From Camelus dromedarius (lineage: Eukaryota): a stretch of 64,000 bases of DNA. The stretch covers positions 27,406,001 to 27,470,000 of the forward strand of contig NC_087437.1 of NCBI RefSeq assembly GCF_036321535.1, written 5' to 3'. Positions 11,936 to 25,939 of the stretch are shown here, piece after piece. The first letter of the stretch is position 1. Every line of letters starts with the position of its first letter. Under the pieces are notes generated by a model. It searched no databases. It was not told where the DNA came from and saw nothing but the letters and a program-made list of their open reading frames with translations. The translations under genes and the position numbers were made by a program.

Positions 11936-14900
11936 GATGTGGGAGGGAAGTAGTTCTGTTCAATCAGGACCTTTGGGGAATGAATGACCATGACCAAAGA
12001 TATCCTAGAGTCTTCCCCCATATCTCATTCTGTACCTGACAAGAGGTATCTATCCCTAAGGCACTGATTCTTCAAGAGAATCTTCTATTCCAGAATCTCC
12101 TCATCTCCCACAGGGTAAGATCCAACTCCTTATGTGCTGGCCATTCTAGCTGCTGCTCTAACTGCGCCCACAGGAGGATTTACACATGTCAGGTCATGCT
12201 AGGGGGACAGGTGGAGTCAGAGGCCTTGGCCCAAGGGACTATCAAAAGAGAAATTGAGGGACCTGAGTAGATAAAATTCAAACAGTGGGAAAAAGGCAGT
12301 ACATGCAAGCTTGGTCCAGTACCAACACACAGGTATAGTACTATGCCTGTTGCTCAGATGGGCTTATGCCAGATTTCTAGGCAATTGGGCTGACTACAAA
12401 GATAAAAATGTGTTATTTTTATAAAAAGAAATATCTGAACACTCAAGTCAGCCTTACTTGGGATGTGGGTCATACAAAAAGTGGGGAAAGAGATTGCCTT
12501 CTCCTCAGTGGGGAACCCCGCCAAGCATCTTTACAGTGGTGTGTTATCAGGGTCAGTGGTAGGGGGGGCTTGGCCCAGATGAATGAACGTGGTGCAGTGT
12601 GGTTTTGGCAGATCTGAGTGGAAGATGCCACTGGGCATTCTGATAGCAAATGAAGCACCCATGCCTTGATAGTAATGATGGACATCAGAGGTGAAGGCTA
12701 CACATTTCCATGGAAAGATGGAGTGGGTGATGAGGAAATTGAGCATTCCACACAGCAGCCAGAGAACCGGGTTCCTAGGTACACAGAAAGCTCACTCTGA
12801 GAACATCCAAAAGTCATTTATTCATCCATTTAATAGTTACTGGATACCTACTATTTAGGTAGTAAATAAAATGAATGAAGTTCCTAACATAATGGAGTTT
12901 CCATTCCAATGGGAGATACTGGCAAAACAAATAAACAAACACAAAGAAAACCAATTTAACAAATTCATAAATAATTCCACAAGTATATAATTTGAAATAG
13001 TGTAAAAACATATACACACACATGCACTATTTTACTATTTACTGTATGATTTTAGATAGTGTATTAGGCGAGAGACTTTAAATTTCTTCAATTATGAATC
13101 AGAGTAAAATTGTAGTACTACAGTCCTAACTTTTGCTCCTAGGCTGTTATAGCTGGGAGACCTTCAGGGTCATCTGCAGTATTGCCACAACTCTCATAGA
13201 CTCCACAGAGCTTGACCATGAAGGATGACAAGTCCTCAGCTGATGGAGAGGGGAAGTAGGCTGAGACAGAGCAGGTCTAGGCCAGGGGACTGAGGCTGTC
13301 GTCACCAAGGCAGGGATCCAGATGCTACCACTGCAGTGGCTAAAGGGACATTTGAAATCTTGTCCTAATTCAGGTTGGCATTGGTGTCCAAAGGTCACCG
13401 CAGGTGGATAACACCAGGAATCTCTGGTTACGGGTGATCTCAGTGAGAAGTGGGTGAAAGGTCTTGGTTGTGCAAGGGTCCATCCTGGAAGAAGCAGGCT
13501 ATGCCAATGGCGGGTGCCCACAGAAGTGTCCAGTAACCTGGAGGGTAGGCAAGGGCTGAGAAGGTTGTCGGTCACCCATGATTCAATGAATATTTAGTAA
13601 CATCCTACTGTATGACAGGCTCTGTGCTACGTGTTAGGAATACAATGATAAACTGTCAACGACCCTTGCCTGACAGAGTGTATATTCCACTAGGTCTCAG
13701 CCCAGGGAGTTGTAGATTCTAGTCCTAGCTGAGAACTGTATTGCAAATCATGAACCGAGTCTGTTGGTAGAGACTAGCCAGCTATCCTGGGTGGTATCTG
13801 CAGTTTTATCACCCCACAGAGAGATGCTGAGAACTCCATCCAGGTAAAAGGATCAAGGCAGAAGGTGAGGAAGGGGTCCTAACACCATCAGAATTGGTTT
13901 TCATTAACTCAGAACAAGAATGGGGGGTAGTCTGCAGAGAGTCTGAAAGGCAAGCTGTCTCTCCATGGCTGGCCAAGGTTGGGGGCAGCCAATGTCCTCT
14001 CAGAATCCCTGAATATTAATACAGCTCAGCTACCACACCCTGCAGCCAACAGCCAATGAAAAGGAATCACAGACACTCGGACCCTTCTGCTTTGGTTTCT
14101 TTCTTTACTTTCCCTACCAGCTCCCTCTCCTCTCAAATCCATCATAAGAACGTCCCTTAGACTTGGTGACTGAATTATGCTTCTTCTATTTAACCCCTGG
14201 GTCCCTGTTGGATGTAGCTTTATACTCATTCTCAGACTCTTTAGGTTTTTGACCATTTGAAGTAAAGTTCCTACCCTGAATATTCTTGGCTTCAGACTTT
14301 CATGTCTGCCCACCTGGCCTGCATCCTGGTCACACCCACATCAGCTACCTTTAAGAGATGCCTGATAATTTTGCCATGAACCCACAGCTCCAGGGGCAAG
14401 CCTGTTGCTATAGCAACGTGGATGATCTACCAGGCACATGCTGTCACTCTGCTTTGGGACTCTGAGGGCTCAGCGAGGGGAACACCAGCCTCCTGAGAGA
14501 GATAACAACCCTTGTGGGCCAATTAGCAGAGGAGAGGGCAGCATGCCTCCCTCACGCAGCCCTGGCAGCCCCTGTGGCCTGCATCCCTCCCCCTCCCCAG
14601 GGCTGCTTCTGTTCTTGCCCCTAGGGAGATTTGGAAGGAATCCAGAGAAATTGCCAGGTTTCATTATGCCGCTTTGAACCTGCATGGTGATTCTCTAGAG
14701 AGGCCAAAAGGATGACATTTTTCTTGCCTAACTGAGGACGTGGAAAGATGATAGCCCCCCGACACATCTGGTAATGCCTCCAGGAAGGTAGCACAGGTTT
14801 TTACCCTCAGAGAGTCTTGGAGGTCAGTTCCATCGTGCCTCTCATTTCTGTTTTCATTGGTCAAGGTCCAAAGTGTAACCTCCACCTCCATGTCTACACG

Positions 14901-15139
14901 GTCATTTGATCCACTGCCACCATCATTCTCATGAAAATGTGTACATCCTTCTGTCTCATCCTTCCACTCCTCCTCTCCTGCTCATTCTCTTCCACCTTGG
15001 CCTCTTGAATCCTTTCTCCATAACTTGACAATTGCCCTACCTGCACGATTTCTTTTATAGCACTCCCTCACCTCCCACCTCCTATTTTGCTGAAGCTGTC
15101 CTTGTCCCTGAGCGCACTACTTCTGCAGCCCTCTCATGT

Positions 15140-15640
15140 GGTTACTGTTTTCTTACATAATTTATTACACGTAATAGAAAGTCAACCCTGGCTTAATGAA
15201 GTAGGGTTCATCTTTCTTCAATGTCTATCAGGAAGCTGGATATAGATGGCTGCTGGTATTAGTTTGACGGCCAGTCAAAACCAGGACTCCCCTCTCTGTG
15301 ATTATCTTTGCCTTTTCCTCGTATTTATAACCTCTTGGTCACCACATAGCTGCTGCACCCTAGCCATCATGTCTAAATTCCAGGCATGAAAAGATAAGGA
15401 GCTAAGGGATGGTACCTGCATCAGAAAAGCAAAAACATTCTCAGATTCCCTAGTGACATTAAGTATAGGTCTCATTGGCTTGAAATGTGCCACATAGCCA
15501 CCCTTTGATGCAAGGGAATCCAGAAAGAAAATCTATGTTTGTTAGCATATTGCACCCCAGAACAATATCAGGATTTTGTTAGTAAGGAAGGAAAGGGATT
15601 AAGCTATCAGGCAGAGAACAAGGAGGGTTTGCCACAGTCA
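15140..15640. mobile_element. MaLR LTR (MLT1J/K-like)
   Basis: gctgctgcaccctagccatcatgtctaaattccaggca...ctcattggc. Related to the copy at 1843-2280. Confidence 0.55.
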
Positions 15641-18600
15641 GTCTCTTACTCCCCAACATTATATTTCCATTCTCTTGTTAAAACCTTGCTTTTATGCACC
15701 CATGCCATTTAGATATTTTACTTCACCCCCTGTTGTTGCTGTCATCTGCTGGGGGTGGAGTGTTCTCCCATTCATTGTCTACATTGGCAATGGGCAAAAA
15801 GCCCACCACTCCATAGGACAAGCAAGTGCTTGCCCGCTACCCCAAGCCTTGTTCAGTCTGCATGACAATAATGTGTAGGTGGGTGGCCTGGCCAACACCA
15901 TGGCCACTCAGGTGCTCACCTTCCTTTCATCTTCAGTGATTTCCTCTCCATGTCAGCCACCCTCTCCCATGGAAAGTCCCTGGATAGTATCAATACCTGC
16001 GATGCTACTCCTCCAAAATTACTAATTTGGGTGCTCCTCTGCTGGGCCTTGACCTCCCCTGCTTCCAGGTGTTTGTTCAGCTGCTCTCCCATCAGCTCTT
16101 TTTTAGCATCATTGGCACTGTCTGTCCTCGTTATTTCCCAATTCATCAACCTCCTCCTTCGTTACTTCCCTTATGATGGGATTTCATGAGCAGTATTTTT
16201 AGACACCATTCTGTGCCCTACGTTCCTCTCCTTCTGTCTCTACTGCCCTAGACATTCTTGTCCCTCTGTTGCCTCCATTTTTCTAAGCTTCTACACCCAA
16301 CTGTCTATCTCTTTATGACTGCATCCAGGCAGCTGAGCATTGCCCAATGGGGCAGATTGATTCCACCATAAGAGTTCAAGATCATTAACTTCAAACAGGT
16401 CCTCACACCACACAAAAAACTTCCTACAATTCTGTCTCTCATGTTCCCATTTTCCACACTGACTGTCTCAAACCTTTCTCCTTTCCTGAAGCCTCCAATC
16501 TCCCTTCTTCCCTGAGCAGATGAGTGCCTCGTACTATGGTAGAGAGAAGGTAGGAGTTCTCACATAGAAACTTTCTTAATCTCCTGAGTATTTCTGCAGC
16601 TGTACTGTGGGTCCTTCTCTCCTATTCTAATAGCAGAGCTATTTCACCTTCTTCTCATTAAAAACAAAATAACAATTATAATCCACTTCCAGATACCACC
16701 ATAAGAAGACATATAAATAAAATAGGAAAAACTCAGGCAGGATAAAAAGGAATATACAAGAAAGAACAAAGAAACAGTGGATAGTGTAAGGTTCCTGGAA
16801 GGCAGAAGGGGATTCTCCTTAGATGGGGGGTGACTGAGAGGTTTAAACTTTATATTTAAAGTAGCAGTGATTTAGCAAAGAGTTTTAAGCAAGGAATGGT
16901 TTGGTGAAATGAGGATTTTTGAAAAATTAAACTGATAATCTTGTGCATTACATTTCAAAAGATAAGTAACTGGGGCAGGGAGCCAAGTTGGCTTATAAGG
17001 GTAATCCAAAGAAAGAAATGTTTAGGGCATGGACCAGTGCTGTTGCTGAGGGATGATTGAGGACTGAATGAATCTGAGAGATTTGGGCAAGAAAGTATCA
17101 ATAGGCTTTATGTGTGTGAATAGAGATATAAAATGTTTCTACATCAAGAAGCTGGGAGATGTCTGCCCTCTAGTTGAAGGAGAACCTGAAAGCCCTTGTC
17201 TCCCACATTTATCATGACCACTTTCCATTCACCTGGGCTGACAGCTCCCAACTCTCCAGGCTCTCTTGCTGATTGGACATGTCTCCATCTTCATTGGCAA
17301 CATTCTCTCTGAGACATAATTTTTATATTCACTCTGCAGCTCCACATACCACGACTGTAGCCAAGAGCCTTCTCTCCTGACCTCTGGAATCTCAGCCACC
17401 TGGTCCTATCTTGCAAACAGGAAGCGGGGACCAGCTAGGGATGCAGTGATGAACAAAGAAGCATTAAGCTCAAGTTGGGACATCTTGAGTTTGAGGAGAC
17501 AGAGGGGTCCCTTTTGGGAAGCAGTAAACAGGCTAGAGAGGCTATGAGAAGCCTAGGCTGGAGCGGAAGATGAGAGTACAGACTAGCAGGTAAAGATGAG
17601 AACAGAGATGGAGAAGAGTTGAGAACCAAGTTTAAGTTCACTGGGGAGGGATTAGGAGAGGCCTGAGTCATTGACTTAAATCATTGTGGTCAGTTCTCAA
17701 TTGGTCAAGCCCTGGTTTTCCTGTTTGAAGACTAAGCAGGAGTTTTGCTTCTTTTTGTCCATCTTCATACTGACATTTTTGGCTGATTGACAGCAACTCT
17801 GCCAGAGGGTGAGCAGAAGAAATGAAGGAAGATGAGAATCAAATTACTAAATTTTACCGTTTGTTAACAGCTTTGGGAAAAGGCACAGTGGTGAGAATGT
17901 TGGGCAACGGTTTAGCAATATTAATTAAAAATGCTATTATATAAAGGATTCATGTAATTGATTTGTGCACTACTATTCCCCAAATGCTACTGAGACCAAA
18001 GAGTTGGCAGCATCTATTTTTTATCACTTAGAATTTAAACTTTAGATTTAGCAAACAGCAGATACCAAACTGTCTTTGATACATCCAGTAGATGGGGGAA
18101 AAGAATTTCTTCTTAGATAAAATTTGATCCTGCTAATTTAGTTCATCATTTCCATCTGTCAGGATATTTTGTGTAATATGCAGACTCTGTCATCAAATAT
18201 ATTTTGCATGCTTTCTTGCTGTGTGACTGTGGCAGGTATATAAGGATGTCTCCAGAAGTGGGAAAAAATAATTCTCTGAGAACTGAAACATTTAATAATT
18301 AATAAATATAAGTTTATAAGATTCACTTTCATCAGGTGTAACCCATCCTAACAAGTGAGTTATAATCTGTAACTCCTAGATGATGAAGACTGGATCTTTA
18401 GTTAACAATAAGAAAGCAGTACCCAAGTAATCATGTACCTAACGGAGAATAAATCTCTCTCTGTCTCTGTCTCACAGTCTCCCTCTCCCTCAACAGGAAC
18501 GTCTGAGGCCAGGCTTGGTTAGCAGACCTCCCCATGTAATAGAGATCTCACTCTCATGAGTTACAGGAGCCAGGCGGGTGAGCCACCTCTGAGGGGAGCT

Positions 18601-19667
18601 GGTCAGGTGGGGTTTTGACAACAGGCCACACTCAGAAGGGCAGCTTTCCCTCAGCTCCAGCAGATAGGTGTCACCTGAGAATGTGGACCTGGTTCAGGCA
18701 GGTTTTTCTAGAGTCCAGAAGTGACTGTGCGAGCCCAGCACAAAACAAACAAACCTAAAGTAAAAAAATGTTTGTGGACCACCAGGAACCTCTGCTATGA
18801 AGTAAATAATACAGGTGTTGGACAGTAACAGCCCATCAGAGGCACTTCTGGGCCAAAGTGTGGCATGTGTACCATTCCTGTCACAAGGGAGGTGAGTTCT
18901 ACTGTGGGGCACACAGAGTGAACATTCCCCAGAGATTATCCAATTCTTTTTGCTTTAATTTTATACTTACCAAGAGAACCCGAAACCAAAACCCAAAGAA
19001 AGAAAGAAACAAAAAAAAACTCCTCAACTTCTGCTTACTAATTCAGTTTTACAGCAAACTTGAAAACTAGCCAGGGGGTGATATGAATGAGTACTATACC
19101 TTTTCCATTCCCTGGAAAGGCTGGTTTCTGCGTGTCGATAAATTAGCATTCTGATTTTCTCCTGAACTCTTTCTTGAGTTTGTTTGGCATTTGTCTGCCT
19201 TGTGGAGCTTTAAACAGCTCTGGATAAGCGAACAAAATAAGAGTCTGGTGCTGAAAAGCTCAGTGTGTGACCCTGCTCGACTCTGCCTTCCATCTGTGTG
19301 CCGCAGTCCCTCTCCAGAAGTCAACCAGCCATCCTTCTTTTTGTCAATGTAGCAGACACCGTTTTGCTGGTGAATGGGGTTCAGCTTCCTAATTCAAGAC
19401 TCTCTTATCTCATCCTTTGATTTTCAGTCTCCAGAGTTTTCTTCTATGTCCTTGTCCCCCTGACACTTCTGTCGAGCTATTAATTGCTTTTGGGGGTATC
19501 CACTGTCTTCCCAAGTTGCCTTTGCTTGTCTTCTTCACTTCTTCACCTCTCTCCTGTTTTATTCCTCCCATTCCTTTTGTTCTTTTAGTTTGGACAGTCA
19601 CCTGCTTCCTCAGTGATTTTATTAAGATCCCGTATGTTACAGGTTCACTAGGCCTGAAACATTAGAT

Positions 19668-19990
19668 CTAGGCTGACCGATATGGTGGCCGCTAGCCAGG
19701 TGTGACTGCTGAACACATGAAATGTGGCTGGTCTGTGATGAGATGTGCTGTAAATGTAAAATGCACACCGGATTCTAAGATATAGTTAAAAAAAAAAAGA
19801 CTGTAAAATGTCTTATTAATACATTTTAAAAGATTGGCCACATGTTGAAACACAATATTTTGGTTTACAATCAGTTAAAAAAAGTATTACTAACGTTAAT
19901 TTTACCTATTTCTTTTTACTTTTTTAATGTGGCTACTAGAAAATCTAAAAGAACATATCTAGCTAGCAATATAACTATTACCAGTGCTGC
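19668..19990. mobile_element. MER33/MER3-like hAT-Charlie element
   Basis: atatggtggccgctagccaggtgtgactg...gatgtgctgtaaatgtaaaatgcacaccggatt...ttaatgtggctactagaaaat; length ~320 bp. Confidence 0.75.
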
Positions 19991-20893
19991 TTTAGGGAGT
20001 CTTAATGTTTGTATTCTTTCCATCTAAGTAGCCTAAAGACTATATTAAAAACTCCATTTGGTTGGAGTTAATTAATCCTCTGTTTCTCCTTTCTCTTTTC
20101 TGATTCCTTCTCAAGTCATTTTCGTTTTTCTTTTCTTTTTTTTCAAGGGGCTCAAAGGAAGGGGGAATTTTTTTCTTTTTCGATTCAGAAGCTGGCATGA
20201 GACAAATACATTTAAATGTGATGGGGATATAAGAAAAGCTGACAGCAAGCAAGACTGCCTGTAGACAATCTGTTAACAAAACACAGTAATACGTACACCT
20301 GGCCAAGCATCAGTCCCACGAGGAAACCCGGCAACTTTAATTACTTCACTCACAGGCGCTACACTGAGAATTGTTTCTTTCCACTCGAGTGGAAGCATGC
20401 ACTATGGCAGAGGGAGCTGTCGGGAGTTTTGCTTCTCTTATACCCGACCTGTCTTCCAAGGTTCACTTTTCTAAGGGTTATGTAAATGATAATTAATACA
20501 TGTAGCACGCTGGCAATAATGAGCACAGGCTGGAGGGTCAGAGGGGTCTGGGTTTGATCCTGGCTTTGCCACTTGCCACCTCAGTGGCCTTGTGCCAGTT
20601 ACTTCTACATCTGGAGCCTCAGGTGCTAATCTGTAAGATAGGGGTAAGAGGGCCATTGCTTCTGAAGGGTCAACACCTTGCTTGTCGTGCTCCAAGTCAT
20701 TCTCCTGCTCTCATTGCCTGAGATCTGCTCTGCAAATGTGATTGTGCCTCTGCCTTTTGCCAAAAAAGTTTTCTTCCTCACCTCAAGGCTCATGAAAAGA
20801 GCTTTGAGGGGACCACTGGCCTGGGCATATAACATTTGTCTGCTGCAGTTTGCATAAATCTGAGGAAGGGGTCTCTGACCCAGACTCGAGAAC

Positions 20894-21786
20894 TTTTTTT
20901 TTAATTGAAGTATAGTCGATTTACAATGTTGTGTTAGTTTCTTGTGTACAGCATAATGATTCAGTTATAGAACATAGATATATATACTTTTCGTATTCTT
21001 TTTCATTATGGGTTACTGCAAGATATTGAATATAGTTCTCTGTGCTGTACAGAAGAATCTTGCTGTTTATCTATTTTATTTATAGTAGTTACTATCTGCA
21101 AATCCCAAACTCCCAGTTTATCCCTCCAACTCTTCCCCCCGGTAACCATACGTTTGTTTTCTATGTCCATGAGTCTGTTTCTCTTTTGTAAATAAGTTCA
21201 TTTATGTCATTTTTTAGATTCCACATGTAAGTGATACCATAGTATTTTTCTTTCTCTTTCTGGCTTACTTCACTTAAAATGATTATCTCCAGGTCCATCC
21301 ATGTTGCTGCAAATGGCCTATTTCATTCTTTTTTATGGCTGAGTGGTATTCCATTGTGTATATATACCACAACTTCTTTATCTATTCATCTGTCAATGGA
21401 TATTTAGGTTGCTTCCATCTCTTGGCTATTATAAATAGTGCTGCTTTGAGCATTGGGGTGCATGTATCTTTTCGAATTAGAGTTTCCTCCAGATAGAGGC
21501 CCAGGAGTGGGATTGCTAGATCATATGGTAAGTCTATTTTTAGTTTTTAAAGGAATCTCCATACTAGTTTCCATAATGGCTGCACCAAATTACATTCCCA
21601 CCAGTGTAGGAGGGTTTCATTTTTTCCACACCCTCTCCAGCATTTATTGTTTGTGGAGTTTTTAATGATGGCCATTCTGACAGGTGTGAGGTGATACCTC
21701 ATGGTAGTTTTGATTTGCATTTCTCTGATAATTAGTGATATTGAGCATCTTTTCATGTGCCTGTTGGCCATCTTTATGTCTTCACT
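20894..21786 (-). mobile_element. 5'-truncated L1 (ORF2 C-terminus, 3'UTR, poly-A)
   Basis: The - strand ORF reads [40 protein letters not shown] (L1 ORF2). Poly-T starts at 20894. Possible TSD gagaac at 20888-20893 and 21787-21792. Confidence 0.95.
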
Positions 21787-22704
21787 GAGAACCTTCAAGG
21801 TGAAGAACTGTAGCTTGCAGAATGTATCCATGGTGGGCAAGGAGAGAAAGCTGGTGAGAAAATGCCTGCCCTAGAGTACATGCAAGCAAAAGACATCTGT
21901 GTATTCCCTAAAGAAGTAGGGAGGGAAAGCCAGCCATGAATTATCTTAAAGGGACTTCGTCCAAGAGCACAAAAGGGGTCCTAACTCTAAGGGATTCATT
22001 GCAGAATTCTGAAACCAAGGCTTAGAGAAGGAACATAAGCAGCTAGGGAGGTCCCTGTTGCTGAGGGATCTTTGAGCATTCCTTGGATGTGACCCAAGAA
22101 AAAGGGTCACACCTCTTTTTACAAGCTTTTAAACATTCATCAACCCACAAAAACAGCGCTAGAGACTTGGCTTCATACTTGGAGGATAAAGTCCCATATG
22201 CTTAAAATGGTTTATAATTTCTCTTTCTCTGGCCCCATTTCGATCCCTTTCCCTCACCAGCTGTAGTAAACTTACTCAGGTGCCTGAACTCATCTCTTCT
22301 TGTTAGGCTGAAGTCTAAGCTGGGGCCCCTCTGGGAAGCCTCTGGTGTTCTCTGAGTAATTCATGTTCTATGCAAACTGTTCCCAGGCCTGGGTGGGGTG
22401 GGGTCATTAGACAAGTAAAGATAAGATGCCCCTTTGTAGGAACAGTAGCAAATGAGACTCAGATTATTCAACAAGAGTCTGGGCCTAGTGGCTGTAATTA
22501 ACCAGCACTGTGATGGAAATTCAAGCATAACAGAGAACACGTGGCTTTATGTTAAGCCTACCATGTTAATTGGCCTTAGTGAGCTTAAAGACTAATTTTG
22601 GAATGGAAGGAGAGCCAGAGAGTCAAGTGAAGATGGGGAACAAGACTATTCTGTGTGGCAAGTTTGAATGCATGCCAATAAATGATGTATTCAAAGAAGA
22701 GAAT

Positions 22705-23384
22705 GACTGCTTCTGGGAAGGAAATGAAAACACTAACCCTAAAAGATATCTGTATCTGCATGTTCATAGCATCATTATTTATAATAGTTAAGACATGGAA
22801 ATAAGTATCCATTAATGGATGGATAAAGACATTGTGGAATATTACTCAGCTGTAAAAAAGGAACTCCTACAGATGGACCTTGAAGGCATTATGCTGAATG
22901 AAATAGATCAGATGGAAAAAGACAAATAATATATGATCTCACTTATATATGTGGAATCTAAAAACAAAAACAAAACCAAAATAAAACCAAACTCATAGAA
23001 AAAGAGATGAGACTTTTGGCTACCAAAGGCAGAGGATGGGGGAAGGGGGAAATGGAGGAAGGTGGCCAACAGATACAAACTTTGGGTTATAAGAAAAATG
23101 AGTGCCAGGGATGTAATGTACAACATGATGACTATAGTTAACACTGCTGCATGATACATAGGAAAGGTGGTAAGAGAGTCAACCCTGAATTTTCATTACA
23201 AAAAGAAAACAATGTTCCCTTTTTTCTTTGTTTTCTTTTTATTGTATCTATATAAGAAGGTGGAAGTTAGCTGAACCTGTTGCAGTAATCATTTCACTAT
23301 ATAAGTCAAACCATCATGCTGTATGCCTTAAATTTATACAGTGATGGATATCAATTATTTTTCAATCAAACTGGTGGAAAAAAA
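22705..23384 (+). mobile_element. L1 3' end (L1MA-type), internally deleted
   Basis: atgttcatagcatcattatttataatag...atgatctcacttatatatgtggaatctaaaaac...tatcaattatttttcaatcaaactgg followed by an A-tail. Confidence 0.85.
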
Positions 23385-23828
23385 CGTAGAGAATGAAAAT
23401 AAAGTGCTTAAGCGTACATAAAGAACTGAAGGATCATTTTGTGCTTCAAAAGTTTAGGACTGGCTTTATACCGGAGTCCAGACTCTTAAGGACTGTAAGT
23501 GGCGATCAGAAAATGGAAGACCTGGGAAATTCCATATTTGGAAATAGGACTGAGAGCTAACTGGGGTGACGATTAAGGAAAGGTGGATGGGTAGATGGCA
23601 GCAGATTGTGAAGAGTACAAATGCCAGGGTAAGGAAATCAAAGCCCATGGGAAGCCCATGGGGTCAAAGGATGATGTTTGGGTATCTGTCTCAGCGTACT
23701 AAAGCTGCCACTACCCCCCCCCCCAAATGTTGAGAAGGTGAAAGAATACATGCAAAACTGTCTAAAAACAAGGGAGGGAATTAAGAAGGGAGACCAATAA
23801 GGAGAGAATTCTTTTCTTTCTTCCTTTC

Positions 23829-23954
23829 CTTTTGAGGGAGAAGGTAATTGGGTTCATTCAGTTATTTATTTTTTTTTAATGGAGGTACTGGGGATTGAAC
23901 CCAGGACCTCATGCATGCTAAGAAGACACTCTACCATTGAACTATACCCTCCCC
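23829..23954 (-). mobile_element. tRNA-Ala-derived SINE (camelid Vic-1-like)
   Basis: Reverse complement GGGGAGGGTATAGTTCAATGGTAGAG...CTTAGCATGCATGAGGTCCTGGGTTCAATCCCCAG has A and B boxes and an A-rich tail. Confidence 0.85.
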
Positions 23955-25699
23955 TCTCCTTTCCCCTTTTACTCAAACACTAGGGACACATTACTAACTC
24001 ATTTTGATTTTAAAATCTTTATGGCTAGAAAAGATTTTGAGTGCTTCAAAAGTTTTTCTTTTGTGGAAGCCAGTTGGAGGCTGTTGTCTAGGTATTCCAA
24101 GCGAAGTATTCAGGTTATATCTCCCAACCAGACTAATATATCAGCACAAGGTATCCCCAAAGTACCACCAGTGATCTGTCCATCCAATCCATCCACACAC
24201 ATATTCACCCACTCGCCCACCTATCATCCATCCCACTAGCCAACAAATGTTTTTTTGAGTGCCTAACATGTGCTGGATTCTATGCTGTATACTTAAGTTG
24301 CAACAATGAACAACATTGGCCTTTCCAGTTTATATCACTGTATTGGGGCAGGGGAGATTAAACAGGAATAGCAAAACTTTGGTAATTGTTACAGATGGCA
24401 GATGAGTAGCTGGGATTTCCTGATGCCATTTCTTCTGCATTTTGGTATGTTTGACAACTTTCCTAACGAAGTTTGATAACTGTCCTGTTTCTCAATAAGA
24501 AAACCAGATTTGATAGATGCTTATATCCCAAAGGCAAGTTCAGCCTTGAAGTTACACCCAAGGTACTAGTGAAAAGTCTCAGTGATGGTCAGGAAATGCC
24601 TCTTAGTGGAGGTAACAGTTCTCTAAAAGTACTTGCTCAGATTGAGTAAAGAATCCTGTAACTGCAGGCCTGATTTGGGCTCAGGCTGCTTTGGGAAGTG
24701 CTAATAGATTAGAGTCACAAGTGAAGAACTAGCCTCCTACCACATTGCTGTGATTTATGCACCCTTTTCTTCCTCCCCCTTGGCTTAAAGTCAGCTGAGG
24801 TAGATAGATAATCAGATTTAGCCAGTATCTCCTGAATACCTACTATGTAGCAGGTGCTGTACGAAGCCTTTGGGTTAGATTTTGCTGGAACCATCTTACA
24901 GAGGATAGGACTGAGAGTTTGAAAAATTACTCAAGGTTTGGGAAACCTGACATCAGGCAAGGGCAGTTCAGGAACCCAATCTTTCCAATTCAAGAGAACA
25001 GGTCAGAAACTTGGGATCAGGCAGTCTGCTTCGTGGCATTGAGCAAGTCACTGGGCCTCCCTGAAGAGACTCGATTTCTCTATCTAGAAAACGGGTACAG
25101 TAAAATCCTGTAAGTTTTTGTTTGTTTGTTTGTTTTTAAAGGAGCAGAGACCTTTAATGTCAAGATCCTGGCACGAAGCGAGGGCTCCATAAATGGCAGC
25201 CATCATTCTTGGCCAAGCGCGGGCGCATCCTCCCTGGCACGCCTCCCGCGGGGTCCCTCGGGACCGACCGGGCTCGCCTCCGCGGCTCCCGTCTCTCAGT
25301 GCTCGCGGCAGGTGGCCTAGCATCTGGGCGCCCACGCCCCAAAGCGAGCCGGGAGCGCGGGCGGATTGGATGACCAAGGTCTCCCTTGGAGGATCACCTC
25401 CCTCCCTCCCAACGCCCGGCGCAGGTGAGGTTTCTGGCCCAGGCCACAGGGATAGCGACCTTATAAGAGGTCGAGGCGGACGGCGCAGCCCGTGGCCGGG
25501 AGCCGGGTCCTGGGGGCGCCCCCACCCTCGCCCAGATTCACCCCAGGGCCAGCCTCGGCGCCGGGCCCGCCGGCTGCGCGCTCTGCGGCTGCGAAAACCC
25601 GGAGAGGCGGATCGGAGTGCGCTCGCAGCCAACTCCTCCGCGGTCCGGCCGCTGAGCTGGGCATGCTCAGTGCGGCCGCCGCGCCGCCGTCCGCCAACT

Positions 25700-25939
25700 C
25701 GGAAGCTCGCGCTCCCGGGCCGTGGGGGCGAGAACGCCGGCGGCTGCGAGCCGGCGTCGCCCGCCGCCCCCAGACAGTGGCAAACTTCGCGGCGTTCCCG
25801 GAGCTCGTCCGGCCGAGACTGATACCTTACAAATCAGATCAAATCCAGTCCCCCTCATCCCAACCCGAATCATGGAGGCTGCGGCTGCCGAAGTGCCGCC
25901 GCTGCCAGCGGCCCCTGCCCACTAGCCGGGGACCAACAG
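25700..25939 (+). other. MED12L: Probable non-coding exon 1 of MED12L (start uncertain)
   Basis: Donor CAG|GTAAAC at 25939/25940 pairs with acceptor ctttattcctgcctgcag| at 26793. Consistent with my recollection that human MED12L has a 5'UTR exon. Confidence 0.6.

Noticed and set aside
10383..18898. Isolated splice-like signals (AAG|GTGAGC ~10553; GAG|GTGAGT ~18891) as exons of a CLRN1-AS1-like lncRNA
   Set aside because: Suggested only by recalled human synteny; no exon chain can be supported from the sequence.
23880..23954. tRNA-Ala gene
   Set aside because: Degenerate stems, A-rich tail and three dispersed copies indicate a SINE.
70..25000. Short ORFs (60-140 aa) in the upstream region
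   Set aside because: No recognisable homology apart from the L1 ORF2 piece; most overlap repeats or use non-ATG starts.
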